This document shows, piece by piece, positions 38,760 to 53,104 of a stretch of 63,946 bases of DNA. The first letter of the stretch is position 1; every line of letters begins with the position of its first letter. The DNA is taken from assembly GCA_034780895.1 (NCBI GenBank), contig JAUZTB010000057.1:26266906-26330851 (forward strand), in the 5' to 3' direction. Made by a program: the position numbers and the translations under genes. Under the pieces are notes generated by a model. It was not told where the DNA came from. It made no database searches and saw only the letters and a list, made by a program, of their open reading frames with translations. Origin of the DNA: Rhynchobatus australiae. Its lineage: Eukaryota.

Positions 38760-40860
38760 AACAAAACTAGGTAAAAAAGCACAGGGGATCCTGAGCTTCA
38801 TAAACCGAGTTAAGGAGTACAGAAGTGAGGGAAAGACAATGAATCATTATAAAGCAACTTTAACAAGTACCCAATTCTGATCAGCACAAATTAGGAAAAG
38901 TGTGAGTATGTTAGAGGAGAGGAGGCAGTAATTTCAGGGAAAGCTGGAGAATCTAGGTATATTGGTTGAGAAAAAATGTGACAAATGTTTTTGTGATAAA
39001 AGGGATGTTGCTTGAGAAACCTATTAGTGGAAGGGTCAAGAATGAGAGTTTGTAGCTTTAAGGCAACTGGTAATTGAAATTAAAGAGCGATCCCTTATTT
39101 TCAAACAATAGTACCTCACTCTAGATTCTCCCCACAAAAAGAAATATCTTCTCTTGTTAAGATCCCTCAGGATCTTATGATTCAATCAAGTCTCCTCTCA
39201 CTCTTCTAAACTCCAATGGATACAAGCCAAGCCTGTCCAGCCTTTCATCTTGAGACAATCCACCCACTCCAGGTATTGATCTACTAAACCCAGTAACTTC
39301 CTGTCTTAAATAAGGAGATTATTACTGTACACGGGGTTCTGATTATAAAGCCACTTGGAGTCTAGAGCATAGATGCAGCAGGCCTTTATTCAGGACAAGC
39401 AATCATGCAGGGTAGATCAGTTGGAAGACTCTCCTTGAAAATCAAATATGTTGAATCTTACACCATTTAGATACCATGACAATAAATAAATGGTGATTAA
39501 CACCCCATCAAATGTGACCATAACTAAGTCTGGTGTGTAGCCAATCGGGAACCTCTCATGGTCCAATGCATANNNNNNNNNNNNNNNNNNNNNNNNNNNN
39601 NNNNNNNNNNNNNNNNNNNNNNNNNNNNNNNNNNNNNNNNNNNNNNNNNNNNNNNNNNNNNNNNNNNNNNNNNNNNNNNNNNNNNNNNNNNNNNNNNNNN
39701 NNNNNNNNNNNNNNNNNNNNNNNNNNNNNNNNNNNNNNNNNNNNNNNNNNNNNNNNNNNNNNNNNNNNNNNNNNNNNNNNNNNNNNNNNNNNNNNNNNNN
39801 NNNNNNNNNNNNNNNNNNNNNNNNNNNNNNNNNNNNNNNNNNNNNNNNNNNNNNNNNNNNNNNNNNNNNNNNNNNNNNNNNNNNNNNNNNNNNNNNNNNN
39901 NNNNNNNNNNNNNNNNNNNNNNNNNNNNNNNNNNNNNNNNNNNNNNNNNNNNNNNNNNNNNNNNNNNNNNNNNNNNNNNNNNNNNNNNNNNNNNNNNNNN
40001 NNNNNNNNNNNNNNNNNNNNNNNNNNNNNNNNNNNNNNNNNNNNNNNNNNNTATGTTGATGGCTTCATATTGCGACAATGCAGCTGCTGTTCAATAGAGA
40101 GCAGTCCTTGAATAAGCAGCTACTTCTTTGAGTTCAAAATCAATTATTGCTTGCAAGTTACATTCTGTTATAGCAACCTTGAAAGCTGTCTCCTTTCCTT
40201 ATATCAATGGTTCCTATATTAACTATATATCTCCTGACTAGAGTGTGCTGTTCTCTAACACACTGTACTCCAGATGTGGGTTCACCAATGCTCTCTCTAT
40301 AACTGAACCATAGCCTTCTTACTTTCGTATTAAATACCGCGAGCAAAATACTACAATATTCTGTTAGCTTTTCGAACTACTTGCAGTACTGCATATTGGC
40401 TTTTACATTCATGTACTTTGGCACCCAGAATCTTCAGCATCTCAGACTTCCATAATCTCTTACCATTTAGAAAATACACAATTTATTTTTCCTGCTAATG
40501 TAGACAATTTCACATTATACTTCATTTGCCTCTATATATTCATAGCATGCTTTCCTATATATCTTTGTAGCATTAACAAATTTATCAACCATACCTTTAG
40601 TCTCTTCATCCAAGTCAATTTATATAAGTTGCAAAAGGTTGGACTGATACCTGTAGCATACTACCTATTACATCTTGCCAACTAGAAAAAGACGCATTCA
40701 CGTCTACTCTCTGTTTCCTATTAGTCAGCTAAGCTTTGATGCCAATACATCACCTCCCACACCATTTTATTTTCTGCAATAACCTTTGACGCAATACCTT
40801 ATGAAATGCTTTCTGGAAATCGAAGTATCGCACATCTAATGGTTCCTCTTTATCAACAGC
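38760..40860. mobile_element. Cluster of old CR1 fragments (plus ~38760-39060; minus ~39090-39330 and ~40170-40860)
   Basis: actgtactccagatgtgg (PHLEYS on minus), catccaagtc and gctttctggaaatc RT motifs. Confidence 0.65.
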
Positions 40861-41089
40861 ACAAAGAACTTATTAAACACAAAACATTAAACATGAGCTC
40901 ATGCGATATTCTGCTGTATGCTTTCAAGATACACCTCTTGCTCATTGATTCTGAAAGAAGCAGCTTAATTTAGCTTTTATTCTAACATATACACATTACT
41001 TTTGGTTAACTATAGGAGACAGCTTGATTAGATCTAATCGTGGCTAGTGAGAGCATGAGAGTGCCACTTTGTTACCAATGAGCACTATA

Positions 41090-41830
41090 TTTTTCAACAG
41101 GGCAATAAAGCACGACTCATTAAACACAGCAGCAGTGAGATACTCACACTTTCATCTGCCAAAGTAACCAGTGACTGCACAAATTGGACATTAAGCTGGC
41201 TTGTTAACACTTTGAAGGCAGTAACTTGAAAACATTGACCTGGCGATTCTTTGTCAAACAGCATCAACAGGGTAGACATGCCTGATGTTCAGAATGGGCG
41301 GGGAGGGGTGTTGGTGCCAAATCATGGCTTCAGAGCCTGTCACAGTCTGTATTGGCAGTGGGTCTGGGCCAATGGGGTCATGCTTTGAAGCTCATAATTG
41401 CTATGCTTTGGGAACAAGCAGGGTCAAGGACTAAGTCCAAGTTGGGTCATAGATCAGGGTTGAGAAGGGTTATGAGATTGGTGAGTAAACTCCATGTTTT
41501 GCTAAATTATGCACAGGTAGATAACTGAACTAAATGAAACCCACCTGAGCTGAATTACTACAATGCCAGACTATGGCCTGCTCAGGGAGGGCCACAGCGA
41601 GAACAACCACAGTAATGATTGTTCTAGGAGTGCCTAACTACAGGTGCACCATTGAGCACTGTGATTCAATTCCCAGAATAATGATCCAGAGGACCATTGC
41701 ACAGACAACAATGTCATTAGCATCACAAATGATGCAAAAAATGCTTCAACATCACCAGTGCAATTCATGATAGGGAGCGTCCAGTTGAATTCAGTGTGAT
41801 CTAATTGGCGATGCACATTTTCAAAGCTGA
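41090..41830 (-). mobile_element. Highly decayed Harbinger transposase fragment
   Basis: AFFAS (cf. LNFFASG) and QLNVQFV (cf. SLNVQLV) in the expected order. Confidence 0.4.
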
Positions 41831-42979
41831 AAATGTGCCATCTGCTACGGTTGTCAAGCTATGTCAAAATTCTTGGGGCCAATCAGGGCCAGGAGCATCA
41901 GCATCAAGCTAACTGGCAATGGCAACGCCTGAAAGGTGGGGTTGAATGCTGAGCCAAAGACACAAGGAAATGGGGACTGGTGATGATTATAGGCTTGGTG
42001 TGAAACACAGAAACAGTTAATCAGGAATCAGTGATTGGTCCTAGGGCTGGGGGTTCCTGATCAGGAACTGCAAGTATGATAGGGAGTTGAGGTCACAGTG
42101 TGATTGAGGGCTGGGAGTGTTATCAGTGGGTGCTTTGTGGAGACTTAGTGAGGAGATGTGATTGATGTTGATCAGGGCTGGGTGTATGATGAAGAGTTGG
42201 TGCAAGGAAAGGATTAGTCCTGTATAAGGCCAAAACTGGATACAAAGGAATGTACCAAGATTTAACCTATAAAGGAAATCTCTTCCAGTATAGTGTTAAT
42301 ATGATACTTCCTGTAATGGCTCACAGAACATGATTAACTTTCCCAATCAACATTCCAAGAAAGGTGTTGCATTCAAAATAAAATTGAAGGTAAAACATAA
42401 CTGTAAGTACCAAATGAATATCTGATGCAACAATAAATTCAATAAAATCATCTCAGCTGCCATTCTGTGACATACCGATCCATGTTGGATCGTACTGCGC
42501 ACTGAAAAAGAGAACATGGGTGTATTGCTCATGCTGAGAATGAGGTGAAAAAGCAGTATTGGAAAAATGTGTAATCTAGCCTTGATGAGTGTTGGATCAA
42601 CCATCACCTGATCTGCTCTATCATCTCCATCAACTTGGCAACCAAATGGCAAGGCAACAGAAATGCTACCGTGGGAAAATCAATATCGAAGGGTTTAAAG
42701 ACTCCATAAAGATAGCTCTGTTCAGTCAATGGCTTAGTGCCAATCTAACAACTCCCAAGCAACTGGAGTTACAGTGTTTCCAGAATGTCTAACCACCCTG
42801 AAGTCCACAACAAATAAGAGATAAGATTAAAAGGGCGCTCAGTTTCTCTCCCAGAAAACAGAGTCTGGTTTGATGAGAATGACCAGGAGAGCTAGGAGTG
42901 AATGAATTGTAAGTGTAATGAGTTCCTGAACTGAATGACCATCAAGAGGTTAAAAACAGAACATTAAAGGCCAACAAAA

Positions 42980-44890
42980 ACTCAAAGGACAGGTGTTGTG
43001 TGAAAAGAGAGCAGGTGATCCTGCAACTAGCTGAGAATACCTCAGTATCGTCAAGATGATTTAAAGCCTGAACATCCAAGAACCCACTCTACTAAGAGCC
43101 AAAAACAGAGAAGAGCTCATTAAGGACAGTGAGACAGTCAGCATCCACAGGAAAGAGTGTTTCAAAGATCTCTTCTCACAAGACTTGGTCTTTGATGTGA
43201 ATTTCTTTGCCTTCATTCATAGTGGACTATTCACTACAACCTCATCACTACTCCAGACCAGCAAGAGATCAAAAAGTCTATACATCAGCTGAATAACAAG
43301 GCTCTGAAGCAGACAAAATCTATGCTGAAATCATGGTGATGAAGAGCCAAACAGTGGTGCTACAAGTAAAGCAGCTGTCTCACAGTTCCAGCAACCTCAA
43401 TTCAATTTCAACCTTCAGTTTAGAGTTTGTACACTCCAACCATGAGCACATAGGTTTCCCCCAAGTGCACCAATTTCCTCCCACACCCCTAATAGTTGCT
43501 GATTGGTAAGTTAATTGGGGACTGTAAATTACTCTTAGTGTAGGTGGCTGCTGAGAGAATCAGTGGGGTGTTAATGGACACATGTGAGAGAGTAGATTAC
43601 AGGAAAATAAATCAGTGAATAGAATTTCTCTGACAGTAGGCACAGACTCTATGAACTGAATGGGCTCCTTCTATGTCAAATGGAAATGTGAAGCAAGAAC
43701 ATCTGGCACAAATCCACAACTTCATCTCCCTCATCTGGGAAGTGATGGGCATGCCAGAAGATTTCAGAGATACTATGTAAGAAAGGAGATGTCCAATTGC
43801 ATCAAACAATGTATATGATCTTCGTTAACCTCATGAATGTTTTTAGCCCTTGTCAATGGAGAGGGATTAGGAAGGGTTCTTCTCACAACTAGCTGTTTCT
43901 AAAAATTCAGCATCATCCTTTGTCTGCTCCATAACATGCAAGTACAGTCCTCACCAACATATCCAAAGCAGGCCGAATCCCAGAGTGCTGCAGGATGGGC
44001 CTCATATGAAAGATCCAGAAACACAAAGTCCTTCATCAACCTGCCTCCTCTGCACAACACTGTCCTCTGACAATTAAAACCCATGATGAAATATGGTTAA
44101 TATGGATCACTTTCCATATCTTGGGAGTTACCTCTCGGCAAGAGAGGTATTAATGATTAAATGCATCATTGCCTCCAATGCACTAGTTTAGACATGACCA
44201 TCTGTTAAAAAAAAGTGTATTCAAAGTCAAATTGAGTTCCAAGCTTGATATGCTGAGTAACACTAATTTCTGTTCTGTATACCTCAGAGACAAAGATAAC
44301 CGATAGAAGGCATGGTAAGACACTCAAAAAATACAACCAAGGCTGTCTAACGCTAAATCCTCCAAATCCACTGGCAGAAAAGGCAAACCAATGTCAGATC
44401 CTCTCCTTGGCCAACATGACCAGCATCAAGACTCTGGTTATACTCAACTACCTTTCATGGGCCACAACATTCCCATGACTAACACCTAACTCCAGAAGCA
44501 AGTGCTTTTTGTTGAGGTCCATCATGGCAAGCAATCACAGGAATAAAGAGAAAATGGTTCTAGGATGTTTTGAAACACCCATTAAATGAAATAAAACATC
44601 CTCACCAACTCACAAGGATCTTCAGCCCAAGATTACTCAAAGTGACAAAGTAGTAACAGGGGGAACTAGTGATCATTTTGAGTCTCTTCAATGGGAGCTC
44701 ATGGAGCCCAAACACAAGTGACAGAAGGAGCATATAAGCAACCCATCTACCCCATCCTGTCAAGCTCTACCTGTCCCAAATATAGCAAAATCCACAGATC
44801 CCACATAGTTCTCATAAGTCTCTTCAGAAACCACCGAACCATAATCAAGGCAGGTCATCTTTAACCCCAAGAGACTGCCTCAGAAGAAGG
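42980..44890 (+). mobile_element. RTE-clade LINE fossil
   Basis: IHNFISLIWE..MPEDFRD, PYLGSYLS, and a 3' end gactgcctcagaagaag. Confidence 0.7.
43350..43680 (+). mobile_element. tRNA-derived V-SINE-like element inserted in the RTE
   Basis: gctgtctcacagttccagc..ttcaatt..gagtttgtac..tttcctcccacaccc..ggtaagttaattgg..tgtaaatt. Confidence 0.75.
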
Positions 44891-45262
44891 AGATCCTGAT
44901 ATATGAGCCTGCTTTCTTACATTTTTACTGAGGGTGCATCAGATAGTTTCATAAAGAGCTTTCCCAGGTTCTCAGCAATGAATTGAAAGCAAGATTCAAG
45001 GAGAGGTTTAACAGCACTAATGACAAGATACCAAATGAGACAGAAGGAGTTTAATTCATTTATCTGCATCAGAGACAAATGGAGGACTTAATTTTAAATA
45101 GAACTACCCGGTCCACTAGCTTTTAATTATTCCTAAATTGCTCAGACGTCCCACAAACACATCATTGCTTACATTTAATATGCTCACCTATGCCAAGTCA
45201 AAATTATGTACCACCTTCTGCAAACAACGTGCATATGAAAATGAAACTGCATTTGGACTCAC

Positions 45263-45362
45263 CCCAGTGCTGACCAGTGACAACATAATTCGTTCATTAA
45301 GTGCTAATGTTTCTCCCTGTTTCATCTTGATTCGCTTTTTATCTAAGCACTTCATGGCATAC
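45263..45362 (-). CDS. GRK3: GRK3 exon 9 (100 bp): [33 protein letters not shown], catalytic Lys and alphaC
   Basis: AMK motif; acceptor tttcag, donor gtgagt. Confidence 0.98.
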
Positions 45363-46099
45363 CTGAAAATAAAATTCAAGAGCATAATTAGATAATCTAT
45401 CATGCCATAGTGCAGTATTATTTACCAATAAAAATAAACAAAAGTGATAAAATAGATTTCTGATCTAGGTACAGAGTGAAGGCAAAAGAAGTGAGAAATG
45501 CAATCACAATCAATTTTTTCATTATTCATACCTACAGCAGAATATCCAACAGAAAGGCAAATTGCTTTTGGTTATAAACCAAACATGACTCTCCTGAAAC
45601 AAAATAATATATTATTAAATTGGTGTCCTTTACTCCTTGAGTGGAATAAGCAAAGAAGGAAATGAGTCCTATTTTGAATTGAATTTGCCTTTAAAGTGAC
45701 ATTCACTGTATTATAAGAATTAAGTTTTCATGTGGAAAAACGTCCATTAGCTGGAGTCATACTCAACAGACAAGTAGGTAGTTGCAGGTCAATCATCCCA
45801 GGACACAGCTGTAGGAATTTCTCAGCAGGATATGTTAGGCATAACTACCTTCAGCTGCTCTATCAGTAACTTTCACTCCATTATCCGGTCAATACAGAGA
45901 TATTCACTGAACCAAATGGAACTGTTCAGATAATGAAGCAGCCTGTGCCCACTTCCAAGAACCTGGAGAACATTCAGGCTTAGGGTGGAAAAATTTCCTC
46001 TGTGTGACACAACGATGCATGAACCAGTTCCAAGACAGCACCTGACCATCTCCAATTAAATCAGTCACCATCAATATTTGATTTGGCCAATAATTGATT

Positions 46100-46440
46100 G
46101 GGAGGAAGGGGAAAGAGAGTGGTTCTTCTGGCTGAGGAGCCTACTAGCAGTCTCAGAATAAGGGATAGGCTATTTAATACTGAGATGAGGAGAACTTTCT
46201 TCACCAAATGGCTGGTGAATTTTGGAATTCTCTATCATGGAAACCTGTTGAGGCTTGGACATTGTTTTTATTCGAAATGGAGATCGATGGTTTCTGGATA
46301 TTAAGGGAATCAAGAGATATTGGAATGATGCAGGAAAATAAAACTGGAAGGGAAGATCAGTCATGATCTTGATGAATAGAGAAGCAGGTTCTAACGGCCA
46401 TATGGCCTACTCTGTTCCTAATTAAGTTCTTATGTTTATA
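46100..46440 (+). mobile_element. CR1 3' end
   Basis: SLRIRDRLFNTEMRRTFFT; tail ggcctactctgttcctaat..ttcttatg. Confidence 0.75.
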
Positions 46441-46534
46441 TTTTTAAACTTGAACAATAGCACCTCATCTTTCTAACATATCAAAAAACAAGTTGAATAA
46501 TTTCAGATCACAACGATTGTTTCAAACAACAAAT

Positions 46535-46835
46535 AGAGTCATACAGAACACAAAAGGGCCCTTCATTCCACTGAGTCTGCACTCAACATTAATCACCAGG
46601 CACCTTACACTAATTCTACACTTTACCATTTATTTCTCTCCATCAATTCTCCCACAAATTTTACTACACTAGGAAAAATTTACAGGGATCAATTGACCTA
46701 CCAGCCCATACATTTTTGGGATATGGGAGGAAACTGAAGCACCAGATGAAACCACACAGTCATGGACAGAATGTACAAACTCTGCACAGACAGCACAGGA
46801 GATCAGGACTGAATGGGGTGGCTGAAGCTGTGCGG
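46535..46835 (-). mobile_element. tRNA-derived V-SINE-like element
   Basis: tttgggatatgggaggaaactgaagcacc..gaaaccacacagtca..agaatgtacaaactc. Confidence 0.8.
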
Positions 46836-47139
46836 CATCTTTGCAATTTTTACAAAAAAGATTAGGTCGACCCATATTATTTTAATGCTATTACAAGGTG
46901 GTAACGGAATTTCTAGCTCTTTAAAATGTCAGTCATGATTGAGAACTGCAAGTGTGATTGAATTAAACTAGGAGTGCTCCTGGAAATTTCTTGTCACAGA
47001 TTAAACAACCTGCTCCTTCCAGCTGTTGGAGGTTAAACTAGAGGGAGGGAAAGAGAGTAAAAACTGGGATTTGAATATAAAGGATATTTCTTCTTTGAAT
47101 GTTGATTGAATTGACATCCAAAACAGAAATACTATTTTA

Positions 47140-48430
47140 AAACATAGAACAGTACAGCACAGGAACAGGCACTTCAGTCCACGGCAAGCAAGATGCCAAA
47201 TTTAACTAATCCCTTCTGTCTGCACGTGATCCATATCCCTCCATGTTCACGTGCCTATTCAAAAGCCTCTTGAATGCTACTATCATATCTACTCTGACTA
47301 GCACTGCTGGCAGTGCGCTGCAGGCACTTACCAGTTTCCGTGTAAAAAACTTGCCCCTCACATCCCCTTTGAACTTTCCCCTCTCACCTTAAAGCTATGC
47401 CCTGTAGTACTCAACATTTCTTCCTGGAAAAAATGATTCTGGGTGTCTACCCGATCTATGCCACTCATAATTTTGCAAACTTCTATCAGGTCTCCCCTCA
47501 GCCTCCAACACTCCAGAGAAAACAGTCCAAGTTTGCTTAACCCCTCCTTATAGCTAATACTCTCTAAACCAGCCAGTATCCTGGTAAACCTCCTCAATAC
47601 CCTCTCCAAAGCCTTTACATCCTTCCTGTAATGGGGTGACCAGAACTGCACGCAATAGTCCAAGAGCAGCCCAACCAAACTTTTATACAACTGCAACATG
47701 ACTTCATGATTCTTATACTCTGTGCCCCTAGCAATGAAGGCAAACAAGCCATATGCCTTCTTTACCACTCTATCTACTTGCGTTGCCATTTTCAGGGAGA
47801 TATGTACTTGGATCCCGATGCCTCTATACATCAGTGTTGTTAAGAGTCCTTCCATTAACTGTATNNNNNNNNNNNNNNNNNNNNNNNNNNNNNNNNNNNN
47901 NNNNNNNNNNNNNNNNNNNNNNNNNNNNNNNNNNNNNNNNNNNNNNNNNNNNNNNNNNNNNNNNNNNNNNNNNNNNNNNNNNNNNNNNNNNNNNNNNNNN
48001 NNNNNNNNNNNNNNNNNNNNNNNNNNNNNNNNNNNNNNNNNNNNNNNNNNNNNNNNNNNNNNNNNNNNNNNNNNNNNNNNNNNNNNNNNNNNNNNNNNNN
48101 NNNNNNNNNNNNNNNNNNNNNNNNNNNNNNNNNNNNNNNNNNNNNNNNNNNNNNNNNNNNNNNNNNNNNNNNNNNNNNNNNNNNNNNNNNNNNNNNNNNN
48201 NNNNNNNNNNNNNNNNNNNNNNNNNNNNNNNNNNNNNNNNNNNNNNNNNNNNNNNNNNNNNNNNNNNNNNNNNNNNNNNNNNNNNNNNNNNNNNNNNNNN
48301 NNNNNNNNNNNNNNNNNNCTCTCTCTCTCACACTCTCTCTCTCTCTCATATATATCACAAACAACAGAGGTCCCAGCACTGATCCCACACCTCTAGCTAG
48401 AATAACATTCTTCCACCTCTGCCCTCTGTT
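47140..48430 (-). mobile_element. 5'-truncated CR1 spanning a gap, with a (CT)n microsatellite at 48319-48347
   Basis: ORF 47358..47855 has [23 protein letters not shown]; GSVLGPLLFVIY after the gap. Confidence 0.9.
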
Positions 48431-49298
48431 TTCCATTTTGTTTGTAATCACATCCCAATTTTCAGTTGCTTTCCTTCCTACATGTTAACCTCCCGCATTT
48501 AGAAGGAGAATTAGGTTCTTGCAGAAATCTCAATGATTGCTATCATGAAGTCAGTGAAGAAACAAATGTGACACCACAAAATTCCTTCGGTCAAGTCTGA
48601 CTGAAGTTACTCAATGGGTCATAAACAGATTTACTCCTTTCCTGGGTTAAAGCATGGTGTTATGCTTTCTCATTTGCAGAAGAAAATCATTTTTTCTTTA
48701 AAGCATTTAGATTGTATAAATGTGAATGAAACTTAATGTACACTTAAAATCTGCAACAAAGACAAACCAACACACTGTACTGTACTCATTATTACCCTAA
48801 CACTGCTGGTTCTTAATCTTGACTAGACTTGTCAAATAGTAAATATTGCAGTGGGAGGGAGGGTCATAATTTTTAAGTAATAGCAATGGCACCATTTATG
48901 TTTTTGTTCATATACTGAGGTGAATAGTTGGACTTCAGCAGGCTCATGGGTATATCAGGTCCCCAAGCAAATTATATTTTGGTTCCTCAGCTATGAAGCA
49001 GCCAAATGGCTTTGAGGAGAACAGTTATGCAGTATGTTCCAAAATCTAACAATCCAGCCTGTTATCCTGAATATAATGCATTCTAGGCCCATGCCATCTT
49101 GCATGCAAGACGCATCAGTCTGTATATTATTCTGTATTTAATACACATCAGCCAAAACCCTAACCTGTATGCAATAACTTCAGCTTGTGTTAATCAATTG
49201 CATATTTCTCCATTCTATATGTTATTTTATATGTAGAAAAATTTTGAATTAAAATGGAAGCTATTGGAATTAAATGCTAAAAACAGGAATAAAATTAC

Positions 49299-49390
49299 AT
49301 TTTTCCAGTATCAGCTTTCCTGCATCCATATACCTCTCCGAATCCTCCCCTTCCGATTATTCGATGTACACTGAAGTCATTCATAGTTAG
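49299..49390 (-). CDS. GRK3: GRK3 exon 8 (92 bp): [30 protein letters not shown](M), kinase Gly-rich loop
   Basis: GxGxxG motif; acceptor ttgcag, donor gtaatt. Confidence 0.98.
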
Positions 49391-52300
49391 CTGCAAAGCA
49401 AATAAAATATTATTATATTTATGCATTGAATAACACAGACATACTGCTCTGCCATTCAACTGGAGGAGTCTCAGTAACAATTTAGGTTGAGAAAATATTT
49501 ATAAAATTTAATGCAAAATTATGTATTGTTCAAATGTTCTTAAGTGAATGCTTTTATTTTTCAGGAAGGGATTATAGCAATCTGAAAGGGTTGGTGCAAG
49601 AGCTGATATGAAAAGGGAATTATTAAAACAGGAAATGATGCAGAGTAGGACATAACTTCCTACAGAGCAAAGAGATAATACTTCAAGAAGTGACTAGGGC
49701 CAGAAATTACAACTATAAGTTGGTAGACAGAACTGCAAATTCTTCACAAGAAGTCACACAGTACATTTTAATATATACATTTTATATCAGCATATGAATG
49801 GAATAAGTCCATTTAAAGTGAAAGGCAATAAATTAAATAGTTTATTGGAGCGAACAGCCTTTGAACAGTTTGCCATTCTTGCTTACTGTTGCAGCTGCTT
49901 CAGCAGGATCACCTCTTTACAGCTACAAATCCCTTGTATACAATTCCCACCTTATGCATGCATCACTAATTGCAAATAACATTCCATGTAGCTGTGATTA
50001 ATGGCATCAGATTTGTATAAAACCAAACAATTTGGCAAATGTATTAACAATGTCCACAGATCATATGAGTTTGTCAATCCCTGCACACTCTGAGAATGAC
50101 CTTCAGTCTGCACTGGATCTTTGTGCACAAGCCTACCACAAAATTTTCAATTAATATCAAAAAGACCAAGGTGCTTTACTAACATGCCTCAGCCTTGCAC
50201 CTGACCTATCAGAAACCATTATCGAGAGACAATACAGCATTTCTGTTTCCTCAGTAGCTACCTCTTTGAAAGTGCTAACATCAGTAATGCAAATGATCTA
50301 ATGTACAATTCCTTTAGGGAGATGCTCCTATGTATTTTTATGGAGAGAGAGGAAACTAGTTCTGCCAATCATAGGAATGAATATATGTACATTGGACTTT
50401 TGAATTTAATAATATTATGAGAGCTCATTCATACTGTACGTACAGTGTCCATAAGTTGGGTGGCTGTAGTCTGGGGACAGCCTACAATTTACAGAGCTAC
50501 AGGTGAGTTCATAAACTTTAAAGCAACAGAATGTTTCCAGATGCAGCCTAAAATTGTGTCTCTGCAAGATTGACCCTTTGCAAAATCTCTTTGCGGAAAG
50601 GACAATTCAGTGGAAGAATGGGTTAAATAGCAATGACGTCTTCTGCTAAGTAAGCACAAGGGGGTGACTGGAGCGAAGGAAAGGTAATAATCATGCAATA
50701 GATCTTCCTGATGGGGATACTGCAGAAATTTCCATTGTGCTACCATGAAGTCTGGGACCATATTTGTGTGTGACGATCAGCAGAATGGACAATAACGGAT
50801 CATGTAACAATTAACTGTCTCACCTCTACATCGAAAGTCATAAACAAGCCAAATGCAATTGGCTGGTCATTCATCTCTTTAGATTCCTGCTATGGATTTA
50901 AAGGAACTGGAGTTCTTAGATGAATGAAAAAGCCTCCAAATACACAGAAGTCTTCTCGCAGCAATTAAGGGCTACTATGAAAGTAGATTATGATTCAGTG
51001 TTGTGTTTGGTTAAGAGGATCATCCAGAAGATGAAACAGGATCAGAGAATTTTATTTAATAACAAAGGCGTACAATTACACAGAAATTATCCTAAAATAT
51101 TTTTCTATTGGATAAATTAGTCTATTTGCAGTTTAAAGGCTACCTTTAGGTTAAACAGCAATATATATCCAGAATTCTTGAAAAAGAATTTGTGAAGATA
51201 CGCTCCAGGCTTGAATTGGCACAACACTTGATGTACAGTGCAGCAAAGGTCCAACTGCATGATGATGGGAAAAGTCAGAGGAATGGAGGGTGAAATTCTG
51301 AATCTGGTTTCAGGAAGATGTGGATCCTACATTATCTTTTAGGCAGGATTTGTGACCTCATGCATTTTTTGGTGAGTTGTATTGTTAACTAGGCTGCGTG
51401 GAACTACACCTACCCAGCGAGACTTGCAACCCGCACTCATCAGCTGTCCAGTGACTAGCAGGTGCCTCTCCTTCTTGGTGTGGATTTATGACAGTAAGCA
51501 AAATTGGCTTCAAATTATTATGGGAGATGGGAATCAAATGAACTTTCTGCAGTAATCTCAGTAACATCAGACCCGAGTTAGATTGACAATTCCTACTAAT
51601 AATTGCAGAGCCCGCTGATTCCGACACTCAGAGAAGAAAACAAACTGTACCCTACTGTGCCACCTTGGTGACACAAGAAATCAACAGAATCATAGGCAGC
51701 AAAAATATGGACCATCAGTTCCAGCTCTAAAGTGAAAACTGAACATAGGAATAGAACTCGTGCCCACTTTAACGCAACCCCAAGCATTCCAAAAAGATGG
51801 AGTAACAGCAGTTGGTTGAAAATACCAAAACTGCTTACAGCCAATACACCTAGAATTCCACTTATTTTTTTGAAATCTAAGCACAAAATAATCAGCACAG
51901 ATGGTTTCCCAATATGTAATATGAACAATGACTTTCATCTTTATGGCATCACATTCCACTACATCACTATTTTGNNNNNNNNNNNNNNNNNNNNNNNNNN
52001 NNNNNNNNNNNNNNNNNNNNNNNNNNNNNNNNNNNNNNNNNNNNNNNNNNNNNNNNNNNNNNNNNNNNNNNNNNNNNNNNNNNNNNNNNNNNNNNNNNNN
52101 NNNNNNNNNNNNNNNNNNNNNNNNNNNNNNNNNNNNNNNNNNNNNNNNNNNNNNNNNNNNNNNNNNNNNNNNNNNNNNNNNNNNNNNNNNNNNNNNNNNN
52201 NNNNNNNNNNNNNNNNNNNNNNNNNNNNNNNNNNNNNNNNNNNNNNNNNNNNNNNNNNNNNNNNNNNNNNNNNNNNNNNNNNNNNNNNNNNNNNNNNNNN

Positions 52301-53104
52301 NNNNNNNNNNNNNNNNNNNNNNNNNNNNNNNNNNNNNNNNNNNNNNNNNNNNNNNNNNNNNNNNNNNNNNNNNNNNNNNNNNNNNNNNNNNNNNNNNNNN
52401 NNNNNNNNNNNNNNNNNNNNNNNNNNNNNNNNNNNNNNNNNNNNNNNNNNNNNNNNNNNNNNNNNNNNNNNNNNNNNNNNNNNNNNNNNNNNNNNNNNNN
52501 NNNNNNNNNNNNNNNNNNNNNNNNNNNNNNNNNNNNNNNNNNNNNNNNNNNNNNNNNNNNNNNNNNNNNNNNNNNNNNNNNNNNNNNNNNNNNNNNNNNN
52601 NNNNNNNNNNNNNNNNNNNNNNNNNNNNNNNNNNNNNNNNNNNNNNNNNNNNNNNNNNNNNNNNNNNNNNNNNNNNNNNNNNNNNNNNNNNNNNNNNNNN
52701 NNNNNNNNNNNNNNNNNNNNNNNNNNNNNNNNNNNNNNNNNNNNNNNNNNNCAGTGAGCCAATGGAGAACAAACTTTCTATCCTCTGTCATGAAGATGAC
52801 ATTCATTCTCTCATCCCTGACATCCACCAGTGCCCCTGCTATTTCCATCGACTCAGAATGCTGAGGTCACCATGAAAATATACAATCTACACCAAACTAA
52901 GAGCTGCTCAAGATCATTTTCCAGGACCACCCTCAGTTGCTCTCCACCAGCCACATTTCAGTCACTGTGCAGATCCACATGGGCAGACAAAGACAAACAG
53001 AACACTGACACAATGGAAATGCACCAGAGGGATTAGCTGCTGTATGTGTCATATCTACATGATGTGAACTATAATGTTAGCTTTGTTTGGAATACTTGTA
53101 TTTT

